From contig CAVOXA010000009.1 in NCBI GenBank assembly GCA_963700285.1, forward strand, positions 128,001 to 192,000: a stretch of DNA of 64,000 nt. The letters run 5' to 3'. This document shows positions 10,369 through 22,300 of this stretch, piece by piece. Within the stretch, counting starts at the first letter, position 1, and each line of letters starts with the position of its first letter. The DNA is from an uncultured Chloroflexia bacterium (lineage in GTDB: Bacteria > Chloroflexota > Anaerolineae > JAAYZQ01). The notes below the pieces were generated by a model, which worked only from the letters and a program-made list of their open reading frames with translations, did no database searches and was not told where the DNA came from. The position numbers and the translations under genes were made by a program.

Positions 10369-12099
10369 TCAAATCCCTACCGCGGTACTCATCTTGTACG
10401 GTTCAACGCCGCTGCGCAAGGTGCCATTCTCGCGATCGACGAGTATTCCATTGGGCCGGGCAAAGTAAGAGCTGAGAAAGGTCTCTTCTCTCAGTACGAC
10501 TTCGTGCCCGACATGGCGCAGTGCCTGGATCACATCGGCAGGCAGACGCACGTCAGCGTGGAGCGGGCCTGTTTCGACGTGGATGCGTGGGGCGCTGATG
10601 GCGGCCTGCATGCCCAGGCCGTGGTCGAGCACATTGAGCATGACTTGCAGCACAGCGCTGATGACCTTGCGGCCACCAGGCGCCCCCAAGGCCATGAGTG
10701 GCCCCTGCTCATCAAAAACCAGCGCTGGCGTGGCAGCGCTCATAGAACGTTTTCCGGGTCCGATGGAGTTCACATTCCCCGGCTCAGGGTCAAACCACAT
10801 CGTGCCATTGTTGAGCAGGACGCCGGTACCGGGTACGACCACGCCTGACCCGAACAACTGGCCCAATGTGGCTGTTAGCGCGACCATGTTGCGATGGCGG
10901 TCAATGACGCTCAAGTGGGTTGTGTGTCCTTCGGGGGGCTGGCGATTCTCAGGCATCGCCGGGTTGGCAGGCCGCCCTCCCGGCTGGTGGGCCCAGGGAT
11001 CTCCGATAGGCTGGCGCAGCGGTCCGCGCTCCATTTTAATCTGGCTGCGGCGCACGGCTGCGTAGGCCTTGGACTGCAGGCCTTCCAGCGGGATCGCTGC
11101 AGCCGCTGTGTCGCCCAGATGGGTGAAGCGATCGGCGAAAGCCATGCGAAGGGTTTCGGCCACCACGTGGAGGGAGGCTGCACTGTTGAGTCCCAGCGAA
11201 GCCAGATCAAAGCCTTCCAGGATGTTCAGCGCCTCGGCCACGGTGGGACCTCCGGTGTTTTCGGGGACCATGGCCACCTGTTTGTCCCGATAGTCCACCC
11301 ACAGGGGATCTCTAACGTGGAGGCGATAACCTGCCAGATCCTGCTCGCTGAGAATTCCGCCGTGGGCCTGGATGTGACCGGCGATGGCCCTGGCGATCTC
11401 GCCTTTGTAGAAACCATCCGGCCCCTGCTCGGCGATGCGCCGCAGCGTGTTGGCCAGGTCAGATTGGCGCAGCCGGTCGGGGGTACGGTTGTCGTCGTGA
11501 TTCGCCGGGCGAAAAGGTGTGCCATCAGGGCGATAGAAGACCGACATTGTTTCGGGGAATCGTCGCAGGCGGCCCATTGCCGAAGCAGAGTTGGCAAAGA
11601 CGTACCAGTCTAGCAGGAAACCGTCGGAGGCCAAACGGATGGCCGGGGCCATCACCTGATGCAGGGACATGGTGCCAAATTCGTCCAGCAACCGGGTATA
11701 GGCGGCTACGGCTCCAGGCACTGCGGGCGTACGGTAGCCGCTCTCCGCGGCTTCATCTTTGGTCGCTCGCCAATCATAGACGCCTGAGCCCCTTGCTGGC
11801 GGTTCCACCAGCTCAAACATGTCCTCGCGGGCCGCCTGAGGGAGTACAGCGCTGCCGTCGAAGGCTGCCGTCCGGCCAGTGCCTGCATGATGGACCACGA
11901 TGTAGGCCAGGCCGCCCAAGCCGCTCATGAATGGTTCGACGACGCCGATGGCAAACGCAGTTGCGACAGCTGCATCAGCAGCGTTGCCACCCTGGCAAAG
12001 GATCTCTGCCCCTGCCTCCGCGGCCAGTGGGTGCATGGCGGTTACGATCCCACCGTCGGTCACGACTTCTGTCTTGTCGATGATTTGCTTGCTTCTCAC
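10369..12099 (-). CDS. ggt: Gamma-glutamyltransferase-family Ntn hydrolase
   Basis: GGNAADAAVA, EPFMSGLGG, nucleophile segment HTTHLSVID, LLNNG, GAPGG. The start is placed at GTG 12099 after a GGAG-rich RBS. Confidence 0.88.
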   Translation of the reverse strand: MRSKQIIDKTEVVTDGGIVTAMHPLAAEAGAEILCQGGNAADAAVATAFAIGVVEPFMSGLGGLAYIVVHHAGTGRTAAFDGSAVLPQAAREDMFELVEPPARGSGVYDWRATKDEAAESGYRTPAVPGAVAAYTRLLDEFGTMSLHQVMAPAIRLASDGFLLDWYVFANSASAMGRLRRFPETMSVFYRPDGTPFRPANHDDNRTPDRLRQSDLANTLRRIAEQGPDGFYKGEIARAIAGHIQAHGGILSEQDLAGYRLHVRDPLWVDYRDKQVAMVPENTGGPTVAEALNILEGFDLASLGLNSAASLHVVAETLRMAFADRFTHLGDTAAAAIPLEGLQSKAYAAVRRSQIKMERGPLRQPIGDPWAHQPGGRPANPAMPENRQPPEGHTTHLSVIDRHRNMVALTATLGQLFGSGVVVPGTGVLLNNGTMWFDPEPGNVNSIGPGKRSMSAATPALVFDEQGPLMALGAPGGRKVISAVLQVMLNVLDHGLGMQAAISAPRIHVETGPLHADVRLPADVIQALRHVGHEVVLREETFLSSYFARPNGILVDRENGTLRSGVEPYKMSTAVGI

Positions 12100-12293
12100 G
12101 TCAGCCTCTCTCTCCTTTGAGACAATCAGCAGCTTAGATCTTGCAAAGTATGTCAGGACAATGATGATACCACAGGACCCACCGCCCACCAAATTGAGTG
12201 TGACTGACAGGCTGCCTGACCAAGTTCTTGTATTGCCCATCACGCAGGTTTTATGCCAACACTACCAACTTCTTCTATATTCTAGTTGATTGC

Positions 12294-12323
12294 TTGACAT
12301 TTTAGCCATATGTCTGGTATAAT
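12294..12323 (+). promoter_or_regulatory. Sigma70-type promoter of the glycan operon
   Basis: TTGACA (12294-99), 18-nt spacer, TG-extended TATAAT (12318-23). Confidence 0.8.
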
Positions 12324-12423
12324 GAAGCCGCACAGACAAGCTAGCTGGTGCTGTGGTCACGGATGTCTGAGGAGGCGCTGGATTGCTGCCAGCCCAATGC
12401 AGACAGCCCAGGGAGGAAAGAAC

Positions 12424-13272
12424 ATGGGGGGGCATCAAAGGGGTACGGCTAATGCCTGGGAGATGGGGAAGGTCTTGGTTGTCATCCCCGCCTACAACGA
12501 AGAGGAATCAATACGAAGGGTTGTGGAGGGCGTAAACAAACACATCCCTCTGGCGGACGTTCTCGTCGTGGATGATGGCTCATCGGATGACACAAGCCTC
12601 CGGGTTCAAGAATCTGGCGCCGAGTTGCTTCGATTACCACGCAACTTGGGTGTTGGCGCGGCGCTAGAGGTGGCACTGCGGTATGCCGAGGATCTGGGCT
12701 ATTCTTATGCCCTGCGGGTGGACGCGGATGGGCAGCACGATCCACAAGACGCCCTTCGCCTGCTGGAGGCCGTCAGGCGAGGTGAAGCTGACGTGTTGAT
12801 CGGTTCCCGCTTCCTCGATGCTGGCTCCGCTGAGAGGCTGGGGGCACGGACGCCCAAGTGGCGGCATCAGACAACTCCGGTTCGGGCTGTGGGTATCAAG
12901 GTCTTTGCCTGGCTGGTGTCGCTCCTCATTGGCCAACAGATCTCGGATCCGACCTGTGGGCTGCGCTGCTTCAATCGCCAGGCCATGTGCTACCTCGCCC
13001 GGAACCATCCCCAGGATTACCCGGAGGTCGAGTCCATGGTCGTCCTGCACCGCGCAGGCTTTCGGCTGAAGGAATTGCCGGTGGAAATCTATCCGCGCAC
13101 TGGTGGCGTGAGTTCTATCAGTGCCTGGAAAGCGGTTTACTACGTCTTTCGGGTAATGCTGGCAGCCTCAATCGCTGCCGTAAGGAGCTTGCCAAACGGG
13201 AAACCTTTAGAGGTTGAATGGAGGCCAATGGAGCCCGAAAAGATCCCGGAGGAGGAACTCCATGTCGCCTAG
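12424..13272 (+). CDS. GT2 glycosyltransferase (DPM-synthase-like, polyprenol-phosphate sugar forming)
   Basis: VVIPAYNEE, VVDDGSSD, VDADGQHDP, IGSRF, DPTCGLR. GGAGG precedes ATG 12424. Confidence 0.88.
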   Translation: MGGHQRGTANAWEMGKVLVVIPAYNEEESIRRVVEGVNKHIPLADVLVVDDGSSDDTSLRVQESGAELLRLPRNLGVGAALEVALRYAEDLGYSYALRVDADGQHDPQDALRLLEAVRRGEADVLIGSRFLDAGSAERLGARTPKWRHQTTPVRAVGIKVFAWLVSLLIGQQISDPTCGLRCFNRQAMCYLARNHPQDYPEVESMVVLHRAGFRLKELPVEIYPRTGGVSSISAWKAVYYVFRVMLAASIAAVRSLPNGKPLEVEWRPMEPEKIPEEELHVA

Positions 13273-13717
13273 AACCCAAGTGATTGGCGTTGTCATTATC
13301 GTCCTGGCACTGGTTCTCATCATGGAATTGGTTCGTCGCCGGCGGCTGCGTACCGGGTACTCGCTGCTATGGCTGTTCACCGGCCTTGTCGTGCTGGTCC
13401 TGGCCATGTGGACAGGCTTGGTAGAGTACCTGACGCAGTTTCTAGGCGTCCGGTCTCCTGGATCGATGCTATTTGCAGCCGGTATCCTGTTTACCCTTCT
13501 TCTTCTGCTGGAGCACAGCCTTTCCCTTAGCACCCTGTGGCAAGATAACAAGTGCCTGACCCAAGAAGTAGCACTCCTGGAGTGGCGAATTCGCCAGCTT
13601 GAGGCATCCCTTGAGGGTGAGCCCGTGATTCCGCCTGCAGCCTCTCGAATGGAAGGGCAACCCGATGGTGAGGGGCTTCCCAACCTGGAGGAGGAGGTCT
13701 TTGAGCTTGCCAGGTAG
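13262..13717 (+). CDS. DUF2304-like small membrane protein
   Basis: LVRRRRLRTGYSLLWL, three TM helices and a C-terminal coiled segment LTQEVALLE. This family typically follows DPM-like GT2 genes. Confidence 0.8.
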   Translation: MSPRTQVIGVVIIVLALVLIMELVRRRRLRTGYSLLWLFTGLVVLVLAMWTGLVEYLTQFLGVRSPGSMLFAAGILFTLLLLLEHSLSLSTLWQDNKCLTQEVALLEWRIRQLEASLEGEPVIPPAASRMEGQPDGEGLPNLEEEVFELAR

Positions 13718-15392
13718 CAAGGTCATGGTCATCGGGTTGGATGGGGCCACGTTTGACCTGATCGAGCCCTGGGCCCAAGCACGCCATCTACCGACCTTTC
13801 AGCGCCTCATGGCGCAGGGAGCCTATGGCTCGTTGCACAGTACGATTCCCCCCATGACCGCCCCTGCCTGGACATCCTTTATGACCGGCAAGAACCCCGG
13901 GAAGCATGGCCTCTACGACTGGATCTACCGCTGTGACGATAGCTACGGCGTTTCCCCGGTGACAGCTGCGCGCTGCCATGAGCCAACTCTCTGGTCGCTC
14001 CTGAGCAATGCAGGACGGCGGGTCTGTGTTATAAATGTACCCATGACATTCCCGCCCACGAGGGTGAACGGAGCAATGATCTCTGGCTTGCCTGCCCCTT
14101 CCACCCGAGTGACCATCACCTACCCGCCTGATCTCTTGGAGGAGATCGAGGATAAAGTCGGCGAGTATCTGCTGTATCCCGATCCTGGCCAAGCCTATTC
14201 GGACAGCGGAGTGGATGCCTTTCTGGACAACCTGTACCGTACGACCGAAACCCGCCTGCGCGTGCTGGACTACCTGCGCGCCGGGGAAGATTGGGATTTT
14301 TTGATGCTGGTTCTCAATGGTACCGACACGGTCCAGCATGCCATGTGGAAATACATGAGTGCCGATCATCCACAGCACCAACCGGGCAAGCGAGAGAAGT
14401 ATGGCGATGCCATTCTGCGCTACTTTCAGTATGTGGATCGGGTTTTGGACCGGATCGTCGCCAGTCTGGACGACAGCACCACGTTGGTCATCATGTCCGA
14501 TCATGGCTTTGGGCCCTTTCACAAGTTCATACATCTCAACAATTGGCTGCGCCATGAGGGGTGGCTTCAGATCAAGGGCAGCCCTTGGGCATCCGTCAAG
14601 TCTGGTTTATTTGGCCTGGGGCTTACACCTATGGGGGTTTACAATCTGCTTATGCGCTTGGGCATGGGGGCATTCAAGCGCGAGGTAGTGCGCGGCAGGG
14701 GCCAAGGGCTTCTGAGAAAACTGTTTCTCTCCTTCGATGATGTGGATTGGCAGCATACGGCGGCATACTCGCTGGGCAATGTCGGCCAGATCTGCCTCAA
14801 TGTCCGGGGACGTGAGCCGCAAGGCTGCGTGGAGCCTGGGAGGCAGTATGAGGCCATACGCAGTGAGATCATGGACCATCTACGCCAACTGCGGGATCCA
14901 CAGACGGGCGAGCGGGTCGTGGAAGTAGTCTATCGACGTGAGGAGGTCTACTGGGGTCAAAATGTCGAGATGGCTGCTGACATTGTCTTTATCCCGACGC
15001 GATTGGAGTATTTTGGATTCGGTGAGTACGAGTTTGGTTCCAACGAGATCATTGAGAGCGTGGAACGCGGTATTTCTGGGACCCACCGGCTCAACGGGAT
15101 GGTGCTGCTTTGGGGAGCGGCAGCTTCCGCAGGCGCACATCTCAGAGATGCCCAAATCATTGACCTGGCACCTACTATCCTGCGTATTCTGGGCGAAGCG
15201 GCGCCTGATGATATGGATGGCCAGGTATTGACGCAAGCTCTCAACTCAGAGTACGCTGGCCAGTGGCCCACTGGAGGTCCTCCAGCACCCGAGTCCACCT
15301 TTCCAGCATCCGTTGCTGTGGCCGAGTACCTGACAGATGAGGACAAGGAACTCATTGCCGATCGATTGCGCGGCCTGGGCTATGTTGGATAG
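13701..15392 (+). CDS. Alkaline-phosphatase superfamily (type I phosphodiesterase/NPP-like) protein
   Basis: VIGLDGAT, STIPPMTAPAWTSFMTGKNPGKHG, MSDHGF, GTHRLNG, C-terminal RLRGLGY. TTG start after GAGGAGG. Confidence 0.88.
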   Translation: MSLPGSKVMVIGLDGATFDLIEPWAQARHLPTFQRLMAQGAYGSLHSTIPPMTAPAWTSFMTGKNPGKHGLYDWIYRCDDSYGVSPVTAARCHEPTLWSLLSNAGRRVCVINVPMTFPPTRVNGAMISGLPAPSTRVTITYPPDLLEEIEDKVGEYLLYPDPGQAYSDSGVDAFLDNLYRTTETRLRVLDYLRAGEDWDFLMLVLNGTDTVQHAMWKYMSADHPQHQPGKREKYGDAILRYFQYVDRVLDRIVASLDDSTTLVIMSDHGFGPFHKFIHLNNWLRHEGWLQIKGSPWASVKSGLFGLGLTPMGVYNLLMRLGMGAFKREVVRGRGQGLLRKLFLSFDDVDWQHTAAYSLGNVGQICLNVRGREPQGCVEPGRQYEAIRSEIMDHLRQLRDPQTGERVVEVVYRREEVYWGQNVEMAADIVFIPTRLEYFGFGEYEFGSNEIIESVERGISGTHRLNGMVLLWGAAASAGAHLRDAQIIDLAPTILRILGEAAPDDMDGQVLTQALNSEYAGQWPTGGPPAPESTFPASVAVAEYLTDEDKELIADRLRGLGYVG

Positions 15393-15407
15393 AGGTCGCG
15401 AACCGCG

Positions 15408-16274
15408 ATGATTCATAATGGCTTCACTGTCGATTTGGAGGACTGGTTCCAGGGCCTCACCAGCACGAACCCCTACCCAGAAAAATGGGCGGACTACGAG
15501 GCGCGTCTGGAAGGCAATACGGAACGTTTGCTCGCCCTGCTGGAGCGATATGGTGTCCATGCTACTTTTTTTGTCCTGGGCCACGTAGCGGACCAGTATC
15601 CAGCGTTGATCCGCCGCATCGACGCTGCGGGTCACGAGATCGGTGTGCACGGCTACTGGCACGACATGGTTCACCGCCTCACACCTGAGCAATTCTCGCT
15701 GCAGCTGGAACGGGCGTTTGAGGCATTGGAACCCCTGGTAAGCCAGCCGATTTTGGGGCACCGCGCACCCTACTTTTCCATAAACCGGCATGCGCTCTGG
15801 GCGCTGGAGGTGCTGGCAGACAAGGGGTTCACCTACGACAGCAGTTTCTTTCCCACGCGCAATACGCTCTATGGTTATCCCGAGGCTCCCCGATTTCCCT
15901 GCCGGCTGGCAACCGCCGGCGCAGCCGGGGCTACCCGGAATGGCAATGCTAGCTCTCGTCTGGTGGAGTTCCCGGTGTCCACTGCCCGCTGGCTGGGCGT
16001 TAACTGGCCAATCGGGGGGGGCTTTTACGTTCGAGCCCTGCCCTATGCCATCATCCGTGCGGGGATCCACCAGCTCAACCATCAGGGTCAACCAGCGATC
16101 ATGTACATGCATCCCTGGGAGTTGGACGTAGGGCAGCGCTTCGACAAAGTGACATTGCGCGAGCGGGTGACCCACTACTATGGCCGGCGAGGCCTGATGA
16201 AGAAGCTAGACCAGATGTTTCAGGACTTTGCCTTTGTACCGCTGGGGCGGTTGCTTGACTTTGTGCCCGCGTGA
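15408..16274 (+). CDS. Polysaccharide deacetylase (CE4; DUF3473/PEP-CTERM-locus type)
   Basis: FTVDLEDWFQ, ATFFVLG, HEIGVHGYWH, GHRAPYFS, GGGFYVR, YMHPWELD. Confidence 0.9.
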   Translation: MIHNGFTVDLEDWFQGLTSTNPYPEKWADYEARLEGNTERLLALLERYGVHATFFVLGHVADQYPALIRRIDAAGHEIGVHGYWHDMVHRLTPEQFSLQLERAFEALEPLVSQPILGHRAPYFSINRHALWALEVLADKGFTYDSSFFPTRNTLYGYPEAPRFPCRLATAGAAGATRNGNASSRLVEFPVSTARWLGVNWPIGGGFYVRALPYAIIRAGIHQLNHQGQPAIMYMHPWELDVGQRFDKVTLRERVTHYYGRRGLMKKLDQMFQDFAFVPLGRLLDFVPA

Positions 16275-16313
16275 GATACCGTAGGGCAGTTCGATCGAGT
16301 CCAGGGGGACAGC

Positions 16314-19300
16314 TTGGCTAACGTGGAACGGCGAGCGATGGGCCTCGCCATGGACGTGCAGCCTGGCACGGTTGTTCCAGGCTGGGGCGCCAGCCTGGCA
16401 GGCTTGTTTATCGTGCTCAGTCTGATAGCGGCCTTTCTGGCTGTGGGCCTCGGCCTACCAGCCCATCTGCCCCTGCAAGCAGCGAGCTGGCTCACCTTCC
16501 TCGCGGTCGTGATTGCCCCCGGCTATATCCTGGGTGAGATTGTCACCTGGCGCCTTGACCTGGACCTGCTCGAGCGGCTGGCGATGGCCATGCCTCTGGG
16601 GGTGGTTGTGATGGTGGCACCGGGCCTGGTAGCGATGCTGGGACATCTGGTGATCGAAGACCTGGCAGTGGGCTGGACGCTGACGGTAGGCTGCCTGATC
16701 GCGCTGTGGTTCATCCATAGGCTGCTGCTACGCAACGATTCCCGTCGTTCCATCAGTCCGCCGTGGCGCTGGTCCGACGTTGCCATGCTCCTGCTGCTGG
16801 CTGCGGCCTTTGTCTATGTGTTTCCCACACTCTCCTTGTACAAGATGGATGGGGATGCTTATGGCGTCGCTACCTTTACCGCCGACGCACTGACGGGCCG
16901 CCCACTGAACGCCACCGAACCGATCCTGGGTACTGGCAGGAGCATGGGCACCATCCGTATGGGGATGAACCAGTTGCTGCCTGTCTTTCACTTGTGGGCC
17001 TATTTCTCTCGAGCGGACCACATAGAATTGCTGGGTACCGCCTCACGGTCAATGCTGGCATTGTGGGCAATTCTGGCGTCCTACATGCTGGGCAAGGCAG
17101 CCGGACGCGGCAGCCGGCGCGTGGGATTCCTAACGGCCTCCATCCAGATGCTCGTATACCTGGCCGCGCCCTTTGTCCGTGTGGATCATGTGAGCATCTT
17201 TTTCTTTGAGCGAACCAACGCCGACAAGTTCACCGTCACAGTCACCATGCTGCCGGTGGTTGCTGCTCTGGCGATCCGCTATGTAGGTACGGGGCGTCGG
17301 GATACGTGGATCGCGCGCGCCACGTGGCTGGCGGCTGCCCTGGCCGCCTTTGCGGTATCCAGCATTCACGCACTCATCGCCGCCATGCTAGCTCTGGCCC
17401 TAAGCGCCTTTGGTGGTCTGCACCTCCTCGTCAATCTACGACGGCGCGAGGCGTGGATCCGTGTCGGTGGGCTTGCCCTCCTGACGGTGATTGTGATGAT
17501 CATGCCGCTGATCCAGCTCTTCGAGGCGCGCAGCGGAGAGGCCATGGCTCCCACGTACCCCTCCAGCTTTCAGGGCTGGTCCATTGAGGAGAGGCTGATG
17601 CCCATTCTGCCCTCGGCCCTCTCCTCCCGCTTTCACTCTATCATACCCTCATACCAGATACCAGGCCTGGATGTGTACGGCCCCCTCCCCGATCTGGCCT
17701 ACCTGGACGCGGAACAGGTCAACACTTCCACCAATCCCTTTCTGATCTGGCGCTTTGCAGTCAACATGCGTCGACAACGCATCATCGTGTTCGACCTGGA
17801 GCGTTACATTTCGGATCCGACCCTGATCCTGGAGCCTCCCTATCTGCTTGCTTTGCTCCTTCTGCCATTCCTCTTGTGGCGGCTACGTTCCGACCCTGGC
17901 GTCCAGTTCTGCTTGAGTACCTCTTTGGCCGTGCTGTTTGTCCTATTCAACCCAATCCTGACGCCCATCCTTGGCTCGCTGGTCATGCCCTGGATCCTGT
18001 GGCGGTTTGTCTGGCTGCTGCCCTATGCGCTCATCATTGCCCTGGTGTTCGACAGGTTGTTGGCTGCCTTCGTCTGGCCTCTGACCCGCTGGCCCAGGCT
18101 CAAGCCGGTCAGAGCCGCATTGGTGGCCATTGGTTCTCTGGGCTTTGTCGTTCTTGCTGCCCTGTTTTTGCGGCAGAATGTTGCGACAAATATCGAAGAA
18201 ATACAGGCACGAGGGGCAGCCCCTTTGGTCTATGCTACCCCAGACAAAATCCTGGCTCGTCTACGACGAGAGACTGCCCGGGATGGCCCGGTCATGGTCT
18301 TGGCTGACAGCAACCTCAGCGTGACGATTCCAGCGTTCGCTGGCAATGCAGACGTGGTGGCCCATCGCATTCTTGGAACGGCCGAGATGTTTCCCGCAGA
18401 TCAGCAGGACCTGGCGCTGCAGCGTCACATCGACCAATACGAGTTCCTCAACACAGCTCTGCTAACACCCCTACACATCGAAATACTGGAGCGGTATGAC
18501 GTTCGCTATGTCGTAGTGCCTGTCGGTACAAGCCTGGAGACGCAACTGCGACTCTCGCCGCAGTGGTTCGAGTGGTTGGTAGCCGATGAGGGCTATAGCC
18601 TGTACGCTGTGCATCAGCGTCCCAGTGTCACCGAGAGTGTGCTGGGAAACGCTGCTTTTCTCGAGCGCCGCTGGGAGGCGGCGTCAACCCACTACCAAAA
18701 CGCACTTGATCAAGATGTAAGTCCTGGCGCAGCCAGTACCGCAGGCGACAGCGGGTCCGGCATGCTGGCCCTGCTGGGACAGGCCGATATTTATCGCGTC
18801 AATGGCCAATTTGACCGCGCTCTCCTGACTCTCCGGCAGGCATTGGCCCAGGCGGAAACTGGCTCCACGGCAGATGGCAGGGAGGCTCCTGCATTGCATT
18901 ACCGCATGGGGCAGGTCTACGCAGACATGGGACAGCTGGAAGGGAGCATCGAGGAGTTCGATCTGGCTCAGCGAGGAGATCCCTCAAGCTTTGCATACCA
19001 CATGGCCCTGGGCGACGCTTGCCTGAGCGCCAGGCAAAGTGAATGCGCGCAAGAGCAGTTCAGGGCTGCAGTAGAACCATTGGGTCTGGCAGACGAAGCC
19101 CAGCGCCTCATGCTGCTGGGCAGCATCTGGCAGCAAAGGGCAGATGATGGCCTGGCGCTAGCCCTCTATGAACAGGCTGCAGTGGAGAGACCTGGCGAAC
19201 AGACCCAACTTGCGCTGGCAGACATGCACCGGAACGCGGCGCAGTTTGATAGGGCTGAAGCGTTGCTCCTTGCACTGCGCCAGAGGTATCCTCTCTGGGT

Positions 19301-22300
19301 CAAGCCCGACGCACATCTGCGCATTCTCTCGGCCCTGGCCCGCCTGCGAGCGGACGAAGGGAGAGTCGATGAGGCTGTTGCCTTGTTCCAATCCATCATT
19401 GGGTTGCAGGAGCAGCTGGCACAAGATACGCGTTCTACCCGCCTTGTTCTGGCTCAGACCCTGTTGGATGCCAGCGTAGACGCTCCGGACAGCGACGCAT
19501 ATCGTTTTGACAGGGTGCGTGAGGAAATAGAGCGGGTGCTGAGCCTGCAACCCCATAGCGCCGCGGCTTACATCTTGCTCGGGAATCTGTATCGCGCCCA
19601 GTACGAGCCCAGGCTAGCCATGGAGGCATACCGGTACGCACTGCGGCTGGATCCCACAGAGGCGGCAGCGTACACCTCTCTTAGCGACCAGCACAGGCAG
19701 CAGGCAACTCCTCCCGATGAAACGCTGGCCCTCATGCAGTCGGCGGTAGCGTTCAATCCCGAGCAGGCGATCTTGGCTATCTCTCTGGCGGACCAGTTCC
19801 GGCGCATGGGCGACGTCGATATGGCCATCACCACTTACCAACGTGCCCTGGGTTGGTTCGATTTGGGAAGCGCCGCGGTGGCGCCAGGCAGCAGCAGCGG
19901 ACCACAGCCGACTGGGCGCATCCGCTCCCTATCCTATTCGCGATTGGCGGCGCTGTATGAAGACCTTGGCCAGGTAGACACCGCCATGAATTACTATCGA
20001 GCGGCTGTGACGGCCGCTCCAGAACAGGCCTGGAGTTGGGTGACCTTGGGTGATGCTCTGCGACGACGCAACCGGGCTTCTGCGGCAGAGGAAGCCTATC
20101 GCACGGCAATTCAGGAAGATCCAGCACAAGTCGACGCCTATTTACACCTGGCCAGTCTGACGAGTGACCGCGGTGATTCGTCCGGGGCCTCAGAACTGTC
20201 CGAGCAGGCTCTGCAGATCGCGCTGGATGGGTCCAATCTTGCTCAAACCTCCAGAGCTTGGCTGGCCTTGGGCAGCTACTACAGCCAGTCGCCCCAGGAA
20301 CAGATCGAATTTGGTTCCGACGGGGATTTCTTCACCGGCGATGATTCCACGAGCCCAGTCACTGCCAGAGCCATGGTGGCCTATCACCAGGCGCTGGAGG
20401 CAGAAGAGAGTGTGGCTGGTGTTCGGGCGCTGGCCAGTCTCTATCAAGACTCGGGCCAGACCGAGGAGGCCATCTCTCTGTACAAGCAGCGGATCCAGGC
20501 AGGGGAGCGTGACAGGTGGGTCCCCTCCCTGCTGGCCCAATATTACGTGGGTTTGGGTGACGCCTATCTTGACGGGCGGCAACTGGAGAAAGCGATGGCG
20601 GCCTTTGCGCAGGCTGTGGACCTGGATGGCTGGTGGTCAGGTGCGCGCTTGGCTCTGGCACGGGGCTACTCTGAGCAAGGGGACCAGAGAAGGGCGCTGG
20701 CCGAGATCCTGCGTGCCACAGAGATTTCCCCAGGGGCTGCTGAGGCGCAGCTATCGCTGGCCGGTGCCCTTGATGAGCAAGAGGACAGCGAGCAAGCACT
20801 GGCCATCTACCAGGCCACTGCGCAGGCTCATCCCGGCAGCTCGCCCGCGAACCTTGCCCTCGCACGTGCCTGGCTGGATCGCTATCACTGGGACATGGCC
20901 GAGCAGAGCTACCGCCAGGCCATGGCCATGGTACCGGGTGACACCGAAGCCTACCTGGGGCTGGCCAGCCTCTACATTCTGCGGGCGCGCGCCGATGAAG
21001 CTGAGGTCTTGCTCAACAAAGCCATGGAGATTGATCGCAGCAATCCGGAAACCTACCTTCGGCTGGGGGCCTTACTGGCGCGCCGGGCCCGCCACGCCGA
21101 GGCCCTGGATGCTTATCGGCAAGCCGTGCAGATGAGCGGGCCCTGGCAGGAACCTCGGGGCGCTGACCTGGCTCAGACTGCGATCTATGCCGGGCTGGCT
21201 GGAGTCCAGCGAGCCCTGGGTGAATTCGGGCAAGCTGAGGAGAGCCTCAAAAGGGCTGTCGAGGTGAATAAAGCCAGCACCGCGTCTGGGACTGTTGCAG
21301 CCCCTTTGCTCCAATTGGCTGGTCTGTATAGAGAACAGAATCAGCCTGACAAGGTGGAGCAGACATTGCTCCTGGCTCTGGATATGCTCCTTGATGACGC
21401 CGCAAGCGACAGCCGGGGATCTCCTTCTGGCGCCTCTCAGTCAATGCTGCGCGTTCGCCTGGCATTGGCCGAGTTCTACCAGTCCATGGCACAGAGTGAC
21501 AAAGCCTTAGAAACGCTGCACCTTGCCGTGGAAGAAAACCCGGACTCGATGGCGGCGCTGACTGGCTATGCTAGCCAACTGCGTCTCATGGGGCGCGTCG
21601 AGGAGGCCGATCTGCTCTACCTGCAGGCTCAGGATGCGGCGGAGCCCACAGGGGCGGGATACCAGGCGTTGGCAGCTGCATACCAGGCTCAGGGGCAGGA
21701 GTCAGTGGCCATGGCGCTACTGAATGAGGCCACTATCCGCGATCCCAGGGACGTGGGGGCCTGGATCCAAAAGGGCCGGCTACAAATGCAGCTTGACCAG
21801 CAGTCGGGAGAATTGGAGATTGAGAACCCATCCTCGGCTTGGGTGGCGGCATTGGAGCAGGCCACCGAACTCGAGCCAGCACAGGGCCGGACCTGGAATG
21901 CTCTGGGCAATACACTGCTGGCAGCGGTGAATGACGGTGGCGACGAAGGGGCTGGAACTGGGTACTCTGCCGGCTGGGACAGGGGGACGGCGGCGCTTAA
22001 GCAGGCTATTGCCGTTGAGCCCATGTACCTGCCGGCTTATGGCGCCCTGCTGGAGGCATACCGCGAACCATCGCCTTCGAGTTCGAGCCCGTCAATGCCT
22101 TGGCGGAGCGAACAGGCGTTGGAGATTGTAGAAATGGTCAGGCTGACAGCTCCTGGTAGCCATCTGGGTCACCTCTATGAGGCGCGCGTCCAGGAGGACC
22201 TGCAACGGTGGGCTCAGGCCCGGGAAGCCTTAAAGCTGGCCATGATCCAGGCGCCGGGCCTGCCCGAGGCCTACGTCGCGATGGGCCAGCTAGAGCAGCT

